In this document: piece after piece, positions 18,234 through 27,958 of the stretch
Position numbering within the stretch: the first letter of the stretch is position 1
Layout: every line of letters starts with the position of its first letter
Virus record (IMG/VR): IMGVR_UViG_3300037962_000518
Span: 7,960 to 71,959 of that record
From: a virus
Taxonomy: Duplodnaviria; Heunggongvirae; Uroviricota; Caudoviricetes
Strand: one strand, 5' to 3'
Length of the DNA: 64,000 bases
The notes under the pieces: model-generated
The model's input: the letters and a program-made list of their open reading frames with translations, nothing else
Told to the model about the DNA's origin: nothing
Databases searched by the model: none
Made by a program: the position numbers and the translations under genes

Positions 18234-18325
18234 TCTTCTTTTCCTCTTTCATCTTTTCTCTTAAACGGTTAATCGCTTTCCTACGATTGCTATTCTTTGT
18301 AGCTTTATCTCTTTTAGAAGAATTC

Positions 18326-18937
18326 TTACTTGCCATACTTCTCCATCTTCTGCTTATATTCTTCCCTTGTCAACTTAATTAACCTTCCTTGTTTATATAA
18401 TCTCTCTAAAGCTTTCTTCCCTTCCTCAATCATTGTTGAAGATGGTTTACTCTTGAGAACACGCATTATGTCAACAGATAACCTTTTCCGTTCATCATCA
18501 TCTTCAATATTATATTGATTGAAGAAATCACACACTTGTTGACGATTCTTTCTCTTTTCTCGAACATCCTTTTTCAAACCAGATACATACTTCCTAATCT
18601 GAAATATATCCAAAGGTTTCCCTGTTGCATTATTGATATTCTCGGACAACACCATTTTAGAACGTAATTTACCTTCGGACAATAGGTCTTTTACCGCACG
18701 AGATAGCCTTTGAATAAGCTGCCTTTCTGAAATACCCTCTGGAACTTTGATGTAAAAGGAACGACCTTTGAAAGAGTTCCAATCTACATCAAGGAGGCAT
18801 GTTCCAAAATGGTGGATAGTTTTTAAAAGACTACCATCTGTGAAACACACCACTTGTCCTGAAAGAGGGTAGAATTCGAAACGCCAGTTATCTTCTTGTC
18901 TCCAATATTTGTGGTCGAATTCATCCCAGTTGTTCAT
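18326..18937 (-). CDS. Hypothetical basic protein (203 aa)
   Basis: ORF; no recognisable motif. Confidence 0.5.
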   Translation of the reverse strand: MNNWDEFDHKYWRQEDNWRFEFYPLSGQVVCFTDGSLLKTIHHFGTCLLDVDWNSFKGRSFYIKVPEGISERQLIQRLSRAVKDLLSEGKLRSKMVLSENINNATGKPLDIFQIRKYVSGLKKDVREKRKNRQQVCDFFNQYNIEDDDERKRLSVDIMRVLKSKPSSTMIEEGKKALERLYKQGRLIKLTREEYKQKMEKYGK

Positions 18938-20025
18938 TATTCTACCTCAAACTCAAACTCTAAATCATCAGGTACATCATTGACGAAACCTTTAGCAATA
19001 TAGTTGGCACTCTGAGATTCTTGGTTAGCTGTTTGTAGCATGTCAGGTGATACGTAATTCTTCAACCAAGGGAATGGTGATTCTTCTACAACCTCAAAGT
19101 CAAACTGAATACCAATCCTATCATAAACATTTTTAGCTAACAATAGTACGAATCGTTTTAATAAGGTTGAGTTAAAACCTACCACACCAGAAATACCATT
19201 GAACAAGTTATCTGCCCAATCTAACTCTTGTTCCACAAAGGTGTCAAGAATTTTCTTAATCTCATCGTTATCCCACTCAGGCCATTTCTCCTTGTTACGG
19301 ATAATGTTTAACTGAACAACAATATTATCAACATGACTAATAGCTTCATCATTATTGATTAATCCTACAGCCTTGGCAATACCATCAAACTTACTGGTAC
19401 TCTCACACAATGCAAATGTTGATGCAAAGCTTGCTAAGAACATAATACCCTCTAAACCTAGTAATGACACTAATGTTCGCAAGCATGTTTTACGTTTCTC
19501 AGGTAATGTGTAGTCTTCAATGTTGTATACCATATCCATATGATCTTTGAAAGCATATAGGATACCACCTAGACGTCTAATAACATCCTCATCCTTCTTA
19601 ATACGCTCAATCATTTCACTAGGGTCATCAAAACACTGAGCAATGATACGACCATAGGTATCCTCATGAACATACTCTGCATCCCCATGATAAGATATTA
19701 AACCTTTCAAGTAAGGGTTACTAGCAATTGGTAAAAATAGTTGTTGAATACTTCCCGATGCAATACTATCAGCCGCCATTTGGAATGATAATGCTCGTAC
19801 CATCAATTCCTTTTCGTCGTCAGTAACCGTCTGCATATCTTTGTAGTCTTGTGTGAAGTCAATCTCGTCACTAGTCCAGAATAATGCACGTTGGTTTTGG
19901 TCAGCTTCTCTAATCTCTGGATAAGGGATATTAAAACTATCGAAGATACCTAAGTCTTCACCAAAGTATAACGGATATTCACCTGTAAGGTTACCCTTAT
20001 TATTAATATTAAAATTCTTACTCAC
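18937..20025 (-). CDS. nrdF: Ribonucleotide reductase class Ib beta subunit
   Basis: Size (362 aa), position immediately after the alpha subunit, and ferritin-like metal ligand pattern (E...EDxxH... EGIMF). Confidence 0.7.
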   Translation of the reverse strand: MSKNFNINNKGNLTGEYPLYFGEDLGIFDSFNIPYPEIREADQNQRALFWTSDEIDFTQDYKDMQTVTDDEKELMVRALSFQMAADSIASGSIQQLFLPIASNPYLKGLISYHGDAEYVHEDTYGRIIAQCFDDPSEMIERIKKDEDVIRRLGGILYAFKDHMDMVYNIEDYTLPEKRKTCLRTLVSLLGLEGIMFLASFASTFALCESTSKFDGIAKAVGLINNDEAISHVDNIVVQLNIIRNKEKWPEWDNDEIKKILDTFVEQELDWADNLFNGISGVVGFNSTLLKRFVLLLAKNVYDRIGIQFDFEVVEESPFPWLKNYVSPDMLQTANQESQSANYIAKGFVNDVPDDLEFEFEVE

Positions 20026-20037
20026 TATTACTCCTTA

Positions 20038-22491
20038 TTATAATGAACAACTTTCACAACCAGACTCTTTCTCAGCAACTTCACCTCTACCTGTTTTACT
20101 ATTAGAGTAGTACAGGGTTTTAACACCCATCATGTTACCATAGAAGAATAAATCCATCATTTCTGATTTAGGTTGTTTCTTACCTTCATACTTACTAAAA
20201 TCTACATAGGTGTCCGCTGAACTAGTTTGGTCAGTGAACTTCTGTATAACTGCGTACATGTTTAAGATACTCTTAGGATGTAAGTCCCAAGCAAGTTCAT
20301 AATCATATTCGTCACTGTAGGGTGCAAACACTTGAACTCGTCCCTTCTTACTACCTTTGTAAATCATCGTACTTCTGCATGGATACAACCCATTCATACT
20401 TCCTGATGCAGTTGAACTAGATTCACACGGCATGTGAGCTGCCGTAACGCTAAACCGTACACCGTGAACCTTAATCTGGTCAGCTAAGTTATCCCAGTCA
20501 TAATTATAAACTGGTGCTGCAACCTTATCCACATTTCTGTTGTAGGTAGTTAGTGGAGTCCAACCTTCTTTCCACTTAGTTTTATCAATGAAACTGAATT
20601 CCCCACGTTCTTTAGCTAAACGCAAACTACCTTTCAATAAGAAGTAGTAATGACGTTCTGCGATCTCATGAATAAAATCTGTATCATTGTAGCTCTTACC
20701 ACTCAGTGCAATCTTAGTTGCCAGATTAGTAATACCAACCCCAACACTACGGTAACCCTGTGCAGTAGCCTTAAACTGCGGAAACGGATAATCCATTTTA
20801 TCAATAAGGTTATCTAATGATTTAAGCACAATATAAGCTGTTTCCTCATAATCCTTATCATCTTCAACGTTATTCACATCAATAGCAGATAGAAAACATT
20901 GCGCAGTGATACCATCCCCTTCTTCATAAGTATATTTATACAACTCAGTTATATGGTTGTATGGTTTTGTTGGTAGCAACACCTCTTGGCAGAGGTTGGA
21001 CAGTCGTATTGTCTCCTTGAAAGGAGTGTGTCTGTTACCCTCTGTCACGTTGTAACGGTATTCTCTACCTGTCTCAGATCTAACCTCTAAATACAAATCT
21101 ACAATATCATAAGCATCTACAACAGTTTTCTTTGCCGAATCGTCTTCTAATATTGAATCCATAATTTCAGCAAACCTAGTTGTATCTTTTGAGTAGAATT
21201 CATCATACAGTTCAGGATAATCTACTTTACTTACTAAAGCCCACTTCTTACGTTTAGATGCTCGTTTCAATAAGTCGTGATTGATCTTGAAAGAGTAATC
21301 TAACAACTCAATACGTCTTTCTTCTGGACTACGAGGTAACTTTAATCGTAACAGATTATAAATTTCAGGATCGATACACTCGAAACTTACAGTGGCACTG
21401 CCACCTCGTGCAGATTGTGTTACTTCTTTAACAATAGCATTCAGACTCTTGTAATGAGGGAGTTTACCACCTGCCTTAGCATAACCATTACGTACATCAT
21501 CTTTAGGACTACGTACATCGTACTCAACACCTAAGCCAGCGCTAGATGCAGTAGCCATAAATGCAATATGTTTAGCTGCCTCAATACCGTGTAAACTATC
21601 ACCTGCTGTAGTGATTACGCAACTGACGCCGATATTACTTTTTGTACGTTGACCAGATAAGATAGGTGATGGGATATTAATCTTATTAGCTCGTGCTTTT
21701 AAGTAGTACATTACAACATCTTCTATATCACCACCTTCAAACAGACTCATAGCCACACCCATATACATGTACTGAGGCAGTTCCACCAAGAAACCATCTT
21801 TACTGTAACGCATATACTTATCTAAAAATTGACGAACAGCAGGATACCCATAGTTTAGGTCGTAATCATGGTCGATAAATGTTGACAAGTATTGAATGTC
21901 TTCCTCCGAGTAATCCATTTCCCGCCAATAACCTTCTTCTACTACCCACTCGTAGAACTCTGGGAAACTAGTTGGTGCAATACTAGAGTTACGTAAATCA
22001 CCCAGCAACAAACGTCCAGCAACTTTATTATGTTGAAAGGACTCTTTATCTAAGCAAGCTTGAATCAGTGCATCTTGAATATTCTTAGATGTAACCAATC
22101 CATCATCAGGTAATTTTTTTAATGCTTCCATTGCAATACTAGACCAATTAACCCCTTTTCTACCTGCAACAGCCCACTCTGCCATAGAATTTAATTTATC
22201 AGGATGGAAAGGTTCTTTATTACCGTCACGCTTCAACACTACTCGTTTATTCTGTAAGTCACCAACAGTATTAGCACTATCACTCTCTCCATGATACTCT
22301 CCATTCACAAAGATTTGTGGTACTGTTGCAAAACCTTTCTCAAACTTAATATAGTTAAAGGCTTCCTGATCTTCGCTGATGTCAAGGTATGTATACTCAA
22401 TATTCTTATTATCTAAGATTGACTTCGCTTTCTCACAGTAAGGACAATCTGGTTTACCATAAACAACAACTTCCAAATCACACCTCTCCAA
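20038..22491 (-). CDS. nrdE: Ribonucleotide reductase class Ib alpha subunit with N-terminal NrdH/glutaredoxin-like domain
   Basis: N-terminal VVVYGKPDCPYCEKAK (CxxC redoxin) followed by a ~740-aa RNR large-subunit region. No ATG is available; the likely start is the TTG at 22476 with a GGAGAGG RBS. Confidence 0.75.
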   Translation of the reverse strand: MERCDLEVVVYGKPDCPYCEKAKSILDNKNIEYTYLDISEDQEAFNYIKFEKGFATVPQIFVNGEYHGESDSANTVGDLQNKRVVLKRDGNKEPFHPDKLNSMAEWAVAGRKGVNWSSIAMEALKKLPDDGLVTSKNIQDALIQACLDKESFQHNKVAGRLLLGDLRNSSIAPTSFPEFYEWVVEEGYWREMDYSEEDIQYLSTFIDHDYDLNYGYPAVRQFLDKYMRYSKDGFLVELPQYMYMGVAMSLFEGGDIEDVVMYYLKARANKINIPSPILSGQRTKSNIGVSCVITTAGDSLHGIEAAKHIAFMATASSAGLGVEYDVRSPKDDVRNGYAKAGGKLPHYKSLNAIVKEVTQSARGGSATVSFECIDPEIYNLLRLKLPRSPEERRIELLDYSFKINHDLLKRASKRKKWALVSKVDYPELYDEFYSKDTTRFAEIMDSILEDDSAKKTVVDAYDIVDLYLEVRSETGREYRYNVTEGNRHTPFKETIRLSNLCQEVLLPTKPYNHITELYKYTYEEGDGITAQCFLSAIDVNNVEDDKDYEETAYIVLKSLDNLIDKMDYPFPQFKATAQGYRSVGVGITNLATKIALSGKSYNDTDFIHEIAERHYYFLLKGSLRLAKERGEFSFIDKTKWKEGWTPLTTYNRNVDKVAAPVYNYDWDNLADQIKVHGVRFSVTAAHMPCESSSTASGSMNGLYPCRSTMIYKGSKKGRVQVFAPYSDEYDYELAWDLHPKSILNMYAVIQKFTDQTSSADTYVDFSKYEGKKQPKSEMMDLFFYGNMMGVKTLYYSNSKTGRGEVAEKESGCESCSL

Positions 22492-22723
22492 ATAAATTAC
22501 TTAAGAACATCACTTCTTCTTCATTAACAAGAATACTTTCCTGATTTCTATCTTTCGCAACATTAATCATATTAACTAAAGCCTCTGCCGCTAAAACTAC
22601 GCCATTACTTTCTGTAATACCATTTTCAATATTTTCTTGTGTCACAATAACACTATCCGCCATTTTCAGCAATTCATCCCAAGAATCTTTATCCAATTCA
22701 AACATAATCTTCAACACCTCCAC
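22478..22723 (-). CDS. Hypothetical acidic protein (75-81 aa)
   Basis: ORF between the RNR and DHFR genes; start may be the internal MFELDK. Confidence 0.4.
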   Translation of the reverse strand: MEVLKIMFELDKDSWDELLKMADSVIVTQENIENGITESNGVVLAAEALVNMINVAKDRNQESILVNEEEVMFLSNLFGEV

Positions 22724-22938
22724 ATTCGTAAATAGCCATTTCTTCTAAATCTAAATCTGTTGTTTCCCTATTCATAAATTGGTGTCCTTTATACTCAATC
22801 TCATTTTCAAAACCAAGTATTTTCCATAAAGGGATTTGTTTTACATCATTCAATTATTATTCCTCTTTTATTATGTCGGACATAGATTATAGCAAGTGTG
22901 TAACCTATGTCAATATCTTTTATGCTGTTAAGGGTTGC

Positions 22939-23460
22939 TTACTGTTTACGTCTCCATACTTGCACACTTGCCTCTAAATCCTCACTACTTACATCAACAG
23001 GTTCACCCACCTTTTCAAAATTAGATAAATCTGGTGTGAAATAGGTATCTGCTTCTGGGTAAGCCTTATTCACTGTTGTGATGTGTACCTGTTCTACATA
23101 GTCCCAAAACTGTTCATAAATAGAAGCTCCTCCAATAAGATAGTAGTCTTTAGGTGAAAAGTTTAATTCCAGTATGGCACAAGTATATTGTTTATTTAAG
23201 AAGAATAGTCTTTCACCTTTCTTGATAAACCCTGCCTTAGATAGTTCAGGAACTTCACTACTCAGGACTCCATTATCCCTATTTGGTAATCCGTTTTTAA
23301 ATGGTAATGATTTAAACGTATTATTACCCATAATAACTGTGTTACCTTCCGTCACCTTCTTGAAATATTCTAAATCTTTAGGTAAACCCCTTCCCCAAGG
23401 CATATCACCGTTTTGACCAATCTCTCCATTTAATCCTGCTGCAAATATTGCTTTAATCAT
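22939..23460 (-). CDS. folA: Dihydrofolate reductase
   Basis: MIKAIFAAGLNGEIGQNGDMPW...LPKDLEYFKKVT...VIMGNNTF is a canonical DHFR N-terminus. Confidence 0.75.
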   Translation of the reverse strand: MIKAIFAAGLNGEIGQNGDMPWGRGLPKDLEYFKKVTEGNTVIMGNNTFKSLPFKNGLPNRDNGVLSSEVPELSKAGFIKKGERLFFLNKQYTCAILELNFSPKDYYLIGGASIYEQFWDYVEQVHITTVNKAYPEADTYFTPDLSNFEKVGEPVDVSSEDLEASVQVWRRKQ

Positions 23461-23468
23461 ATACCCTC

Positions 23469-24314
23469 CTAATCAGTTATCATTTCAAAAGGTATCTTAC
23501 CTTGATGTTCATAGCCTGTCAACGTAAAATATTCCCTAGCATGTAATTCTCTGCTAATAATATCTTCAAACGTTTCCACCCAAGGATTAACAGTTACTTC
23601 AGGCTTAATATCTAAAGGTTTACGTTCCAACATTTCATACACACCTTCTAAATGTGGACGGTATATATGTGCGTTGGTAATGTTGTGCTTTACAACACCT
23701 TGCTCAAGTCCAGCAACCTTTGAGAATATCTTATTCTTAATCCACAGACTAAACGAATTGAATGGTAACCCAAGTGTAAAATCTGCACTGCGTTGGTTAC
23801 TTCTTAAGTACAAAACATCGTCTACAATAGTAAACCCGTGTTCGAAGAGGCAGGGGCGTAAACAACCCTGTTCAAATAATTCAGGTCGCCAAAAATTAAG
23901 AATCAAACCTCTGTCGTCTTGGTGTAGTTCAATCTTCCGTAGCAGAGAAGGAATTTCCCAAGGTTCAGTAGCTGCACCATACACTCGTCCCATATGATTC
24001 TCACCATTACAATAATGATTATCTTGCCAAGAATGCTTATTAGCGTCTTTGAACCAAGTAGGACTACCTATATCTGCAAATTTCTGTGCGTTATCATACC
24101 TACGGTAATATCCTAACATTTCTGCCCAGCTACTAACAGGATAACATTGCTTGACTGTTAATAATGGTACATCTTCAGGTTTGTAGGTAAAGTCTAAAAA
24201 CGGCACTGTTAAACATTCCACTCCTGTACGTCTATTCTTAATCCACTTACCTTCATCTAAGATGTATTGTAGTGCGTCTAGATAATCCTTCTCATACTGT
24301 AACATCAGAAACAA
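23469..24314 (-). CDS. thyA: Thymidylate synthase homologue (ThyA family; dUMP-specific, variant active-site motif)
   Basis: RTG, LRPC(L) in place of PCH, QRS-D, LGLPFN and AHIY motifs align to ThyA. The Asn in LGLPFN is retained (dUMP specificity). Confidence 0.65.
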   Translation of the reverse strand: MFLMLQYEKDYLDALQYILDEGKWIKNRRTGVECLTVPFLDFTYKPEDVPLLTVKQCYPVSSWAEMLGYYRRYDNAQKFADIGSPTWFKDANKHSWQDNHYCNGENHMGRVYGAATEPWEIPSLLRKIELHQDDRGLILNFWRPELFEQGCLRPCLFEHGFTIVDDVLYLRSNQRSADFTLGLPFNSFSLWIKNKIFSKVAGLEQGVVKHNITNAHIYRPHLEGVYEMLERKPLDIKPEVTVNPWVETFEDIISRELHAREYFTLTGYEHQGKIPFEMITD

Positions 24315-24745
24315 CCGCCACTATCATTTGAGCTTAAAGTACTACTTGACCCAGAATCATAACTAGAAGAACTATATGAATCTGAACTACTAGAACTACT
24401 TCCAGAATAACTATCTTTAGTACTAAAGTCCCCGTAAGAAGTATCATTATTACTTTTATCTAAATCAGGTAAACAATTTTCTTCTGATAATTCAGTATTG
24501 TAAAGTTTATCTGCAATTATACTGTGTTCATTATCTTTAATCATATCGTACTCAGATATACTACCATCATCTACATCAGAAGCAATTAAATACCAAAGTA
24601 ACCACTGATTAGAATAAGAATCATAAACATAAGTATCTCCTTTATAATTAGAATACTTTGTGAATTGTTTCTTTGTATACAAAGGTTTATTTTTAGGTTT
24701 ATTTTTAAACATGTTCATTAATTTATTAAACATCACCACCTCCAA
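24305..24745 (-). CDS. Hypothetical protein with Ser-rich low-complexity C-terminus (146 aa)
   Basis: ORF; tail is SSSSSSDSYSSSSYDSGSSS. Confidence 0.4.
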   Translation of the reverse strand: MEVVMFNKLMNMFKNKPKNKPLYTKKQFTKYSNYKGDTYVYDSYSNQWLLWYLIASDVDDGSISEYDMIKDNEHSIIADKLYNTELSEENCLPDLDKSNNDTSYGDFSTKDSYSGSSSSSSDSYSSSSYDSGSSSTLSSNDSGGCF

Positions 24746-24834
24746 TCATTTCTGATTTTAATATTTTTTGAAAAATACTCATAAACTAAACATCCTCCGA
24801 TAGTTTTAAGTTAACAAAAGTTAACTATATCATC

Positions 24835-26073
24835 TTAAGAAGTTAAATCTCTTAAAATGGGACTATCTACCAACGCACGTAAAAATATATTACGTGCTCC
24901 ATTAATGTCACGATCTATAGTGGCATTTTCACTAATCTTCAAAGTCTCTTTACTTCCTATATTAACAATCTCTCCATTCCAAGTTTGAGTTTTAGAAGTA
25001 AAAGCTTCGTTAACTCTAACCACTCTGGAATAAAGTGTACCGTTAATATTTAAGAAGCCTTTCTTTTCATTAAACTTTCTAATAAGTGTTTGACTAAACT
25101 TGTAAAAATTTAAACTTAGCATATTCCTAACAGATTTGCTATTTAGCTTTCTACCGCAAGCTATCACAAAGTTCTTGATCTCATAGTGAGGTAGTAAAAC
25201 TAGATCAAAGTTCTTAACTAAGAAATTACAAACTTTATAATGTAATTCTTTAACTAAGTTCTTCATCTTAATTCTGAGCTTATCAGCTTTACACTTTAAT
25301 ACTCTTTTAAGTTTACCACTACTACGAGAAATCTTAGAAACCACTCCATCTAACACTTTTGAAAGTCTAAAAAGACGATCAGTAACATTTTTACCAATAA
25401 AACCACAACTATCTTCTGAATAGAACGTAAGGAATTTGCGTATACCTACATCTAAAGCTACTACTCTATTTTGGCTTTCAATAGGTTTTAGCTTTTTCTT
25501 GTAAGGAACGCACAAGAACCACTCACCGTGGTCTAGCACTAATTCAGAATCTAAATGATTCTTTGGTAAATCTTCTGTAAATATTATCTCTCCTATACCA
25601 CAGAACCTTTTCATGTTCAGTTTAAAGATTCCATCAGATCTTATAGCACTTTTAGGGATAAAACAAGATTGTATCTTATCTTTCCTACTTCTAAATTTTA
25701 AAGAAAACTTAGAACCTTTCTTAAAACCTGCCTTTCTAGCATCACAGGCATGTTTAAATGCTTCTGTAAAACATTTACTAGGTATAGGTTTTAACCATTC
25801 TTCTCTGGTTTCCCAGAACTCGAAATTATCTTTCTTTTTCAATTCCATCCAAGTTGGAAAGGTGGAGGTCTTAATAACTTCCTTTGCTTGATCATAAGTT
25901 AAACCTGAAGCTTGTAAGCTTAATAGAGTTTCTTCATTTAGACTCCTATGGTCATTACTTTTAGATATAACATAATTATATGCGTTCCTAGCACTACCGA
26001 TCCATTCTTTTAGGAATTGTTGTTGTTTCTTGTTAGGTTTTATCCTTATCTTTTTTGTATTTATGACTTCCAT
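24835..26073 (-). CDS. tnpB: TnpB (IS605 OrfB / RuvC-like RNA-guided nuclease family)
   Basis: KKIRIKPNKKQ N-terminus, then VVALDVGIRK (RuvC-I), HYEIKN (RuvC-II Glu) and NEAFTSKT...DRDINGARNI (RuvC-III). The usual CxxC zinc finger is absent. Start taken as the internal Met 26073 because the longer track ORF overlaps the tnpA fragment. Confidence 0.65.
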   Translation of the reverse strand: MEVINTKKIRIKPNKKQQQFLKEWIGSARNAYNYVISKSNDHRSLNEETLLSLQASGLTYDQAKEVIKTSTFPTWMELKKKDNFEFWETREEWLKPIPSKCFTEAFKHACDARKAGFKKGSKFSLKFRSRKDKIQSCFIPKSAIRSDGIFKLNMKRFCGIGEIIFTEDLPKNHLDSELVLDHGEWFLCVPYKKKLKPIESQNRVVALDVGIRKFLTFYSEDSCGFIGKNVTDRLFRLSKVLDGVVSKISRSSGKLKRVLKCKADKLRIKMKNLVKELHYKVCNFLVKNFDLVLLPHYEIKNFVIACGRKLNSKSVRNMLSLNFYKFSQTLIRKFNEKKGFLNINGTLYSRVVRVNEAFTSKTQTWNGEIVNIGSKETLKISENATIDRDINGARNIFLRALVDSPILRDLTS

Positions 26074-26266
26074 AACCCCTGTATGAGAATACATGGAGAA
26101 TTGTGAGTAGACCTTCTGTGAGTTTTTGTTCTGAAGATTTCTCTTCATCACTGAGAACCACGAGTTCTCTTCCGTCACTCTTAAGTAAGAACTCAAACAA
26201 TTCTGTTCCAAACCTTGCGAGTTGGTCTCTGTGGGCAACCACAAGCGAGACCCTATCTCCTCGCAA
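26033..26266 (-). pseudogene. tnpA: Truncated tnpA (IS607 serine recombinase C-terminal fragment)
   Basis: DVGSGINYNRKGIKTILELLLRGDRVSLVVAHRDQLARFG resembles the IS607 TnpA resolvase C-terminus. Upstream sequence is frameshifted with stops, and there is no N-terminal HTH. Confidence 0.5.
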
Positions 26267-26508
26267 TAAGAGTTCCAGAATGGTTTTAATTCCTTTCCTG
26301 TTGTAATTAATACCACTTCCTACATCCTTATAAAGTTTTTCTTACCCTCTTTAGCATACCTTCTTAATAACTTCCAACTTATTCAAAACAATAAACTCTA
26401 CTAAACTTGTAATACTCTTCCCTCGCTTAATTACTTCAGAAGATTCTGCACTTCTCAGAAGCAACAAACCTTTCTTACCATTCATCTTACTTTCTTCGAT
26501 ATAAACTT

Positions 26509-26850
26509 TCAAGAAATATTTTCCTCCAAACTTTTACGCATATCAGACAATGTTGAAGTAAGTTGCAATTCTTCACAAAAGTCATTTCGCATAATATTCA
26601 CTTGTTCAGGAGTGAGTACATTCTTCAAATCATCCTTGTTGCGGAAAGTATTTTGTTTTGTGTGAATAAAGAAACCTTTTGAACCATATTGTGTGCTTTG
26701 GTAATTACCACTTTGACTCCAAGGGTAATCTGAAAAGCCGCATCTTGATAAACGTTCTTCTTTTGTATATTTGTTTAGTTCTTCTGCTGTCTTGTGATTT
26801 TTATATGACATAAGTTCTCCTTTGTTGTGATGAGGATTGAAGTATATCAA
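26509..26850 (-). CDS. Hypothetical protein (113 aa)
   Basis: ORF. Confidence 0.45.
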   Translation of the reverse strand: MIYFNPHHNKGELMSYKNHKTAEELNKYTKEERLSRCGFSDYPWSQSGNYQSTQYGSKGFFIHTKQNTFRNKDDLKNVLTPEQVNIMRNDFCEELQLTSTLSDMRKSLEENIS

Positions 26851-26879
26851 TCCTCTTTAACGTTGTCAACTATTAGAAA

Positions 26880-27458
26880 TTACTGATTGTTTAAAAGTTT
26901 TCTATAAGCTTCTCTACGTTTATCCGCGTTAGAGATGTCCTTATCTTTAAAACCAGCTTTCTTCAACTCTTGCTTTTGTTTAGTTACAGATTGCTTTAGT
27001 TTAGCAATAACACCCTTCTCTTTCTTCGCATCTTCAAAGCTCATACCATACCTTTCAGCGTAGGTGATCGTGGAATGACAGTCGGTACAGACTAGTTGTA
27101 AATCTTTATACTCAACTCTCAGAATACTTTCAGCGAAAGGTAAGACATCTTCCAAGGTCTTTAAAGAATGTTCCCCTAACTTATGGTCGCATTCAATATC
27201 TGATAATTTAGTATCTTTCCCACAACATTCACATTCAATTAACCATTTTGTTCTAGTACTATCGTCCATATCAGGTTTGGTTTGTTTGTAAATCTTAGCA
27301 AGCTTGGTATCATGCTTCATCCATACTTGTCTTATGGCTGAACGTATTTGAGAACAAAGTTTCTTTTCAGACATTTTTCCATATTCATCCAAACCCTTTT
27401 CAAATTGTTCTAGCTTCTTTTTACGTTTTTCTATTTCTTCTTTAGTAGGTGTTACCAT
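26880..27458 (-). CDS. HNH endonuclease family protein (192 aa)
   Basis: CECCGKD...IECDHKLGEH...LVCTDCHSTITYAERYG is an HNH-type zinc-finger nuclease motif. Confidence 0.55.
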   Translation of the reverse strand: MVTPTKEEIEKRKKKLEQFEKGLDEYGKMSEKKLCSQIRSAIRQVWMKHDTKLAKIYKQTKPDMDDSTRTKWLIECECCGKDTKLSDIECDHKLGEHSLKTLEDVLPFAESILRVEYKDLQLVCTDCHSTITYAERYGMSFEDAKKEKGVIAKLKQSVTKQKQELKKAGFKDKDISNADKRREAYRKLLNNQ

Positions 27459-27474
27459 TCAAATCTCACTTCAA

Positions 27475-27705
27475 TCAACGACAAAGTACCAGCACTTCAT
27501 ATTTATCCAGCTCAATAGGTTCATCATCTTCTAAAACAATTACATTATCAATCATACACACTTCTTGGACAACACCTTCTTGAAGCTCGATACGTTCTTT
27601 ATCGTGATTATAATAAGGTGCTACAACCCGATCCCCTACTTCAATCAATGTTCCATTTTTATCAACTAATACTTTATGCGTCATACTTTCTAACCTCCAC
27701 TTCAT
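27475..27705 (-). CDS. Hypothetical protein (76 aa)
   Basis: ORF. Confidence 0.4.
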   Translation of the reverse strand: MKWRLESMTHKVLVDKNGTLIEVGDRVVAPYYNHDKERIELQEGVVQEVCMIDNVIVLEDDEPIELDKYEVLVLCR

Positions 27706-27958
27706 TCAAATCACAAAACTCGTATTGTAATGACATCAAGTTCATATATTCTAATTCATTGTTATGGATAGCTTGAGGCCGTACAAGTAATTCATCTACG
27801 TAGATTAAGTCATCAGTTTCCATAGCTAGGTTAATGGTATCTATTTTATCCTTGATAACTTTAGGAGGACACCCTTCGCCCTGCCATGAATCCTTTTTAG
27901 TAAAATGAGTACAATATTCACAGACTGGTGTCCTAATACTTGGATTACATTTACACAT
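27674..27958 (-). CDS. Hypothetical Cys-containing protein (94 aa)
   Basis: ORF. Confidence 0.45.
   Translation of the reverse strand: MCKCNPSIRTPVCEYCTHFTKKDSWQGEGCPPKVIKDKIDTINLAMETDDLIYVDELLVRPQAIHNNELEYMNLMSLQYEFCDLNEVEVRKYDA

Larger units (their letters stand above)
24780..26500 (-). mobile_element. Decayed IS607-family insertion element (tnpA remnant plus tnpB)
   Basis: TnpB ORF, overlapping C-terminal fragment of a serine-recombinase TnpA, and sub-terminal hairpin AGTTAAC-aaaa-GTTAACT near 24800. Boundaries are approximate. Confidence 0.5.

Noticed and set aside
22478-22723. Considered NrdI (flavodoxin-like) for the small gene next to nrdE
   Set aside because: At 75-81 aa it is too short and lacks the FMN-binding N-terminal motif of NrdI. 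It is kept as hypothetical.
22690-22845. Possible 25-51 aa minus-strand ORF between the RNR and DHFR genes
   Set aside because: The start is ambiguous (TTG with AAGAGGA RBS versus an internal ATG), and the ORF overlaps the N-terminus of the 81-aa gene in another frame. The evidence is too thin to call.
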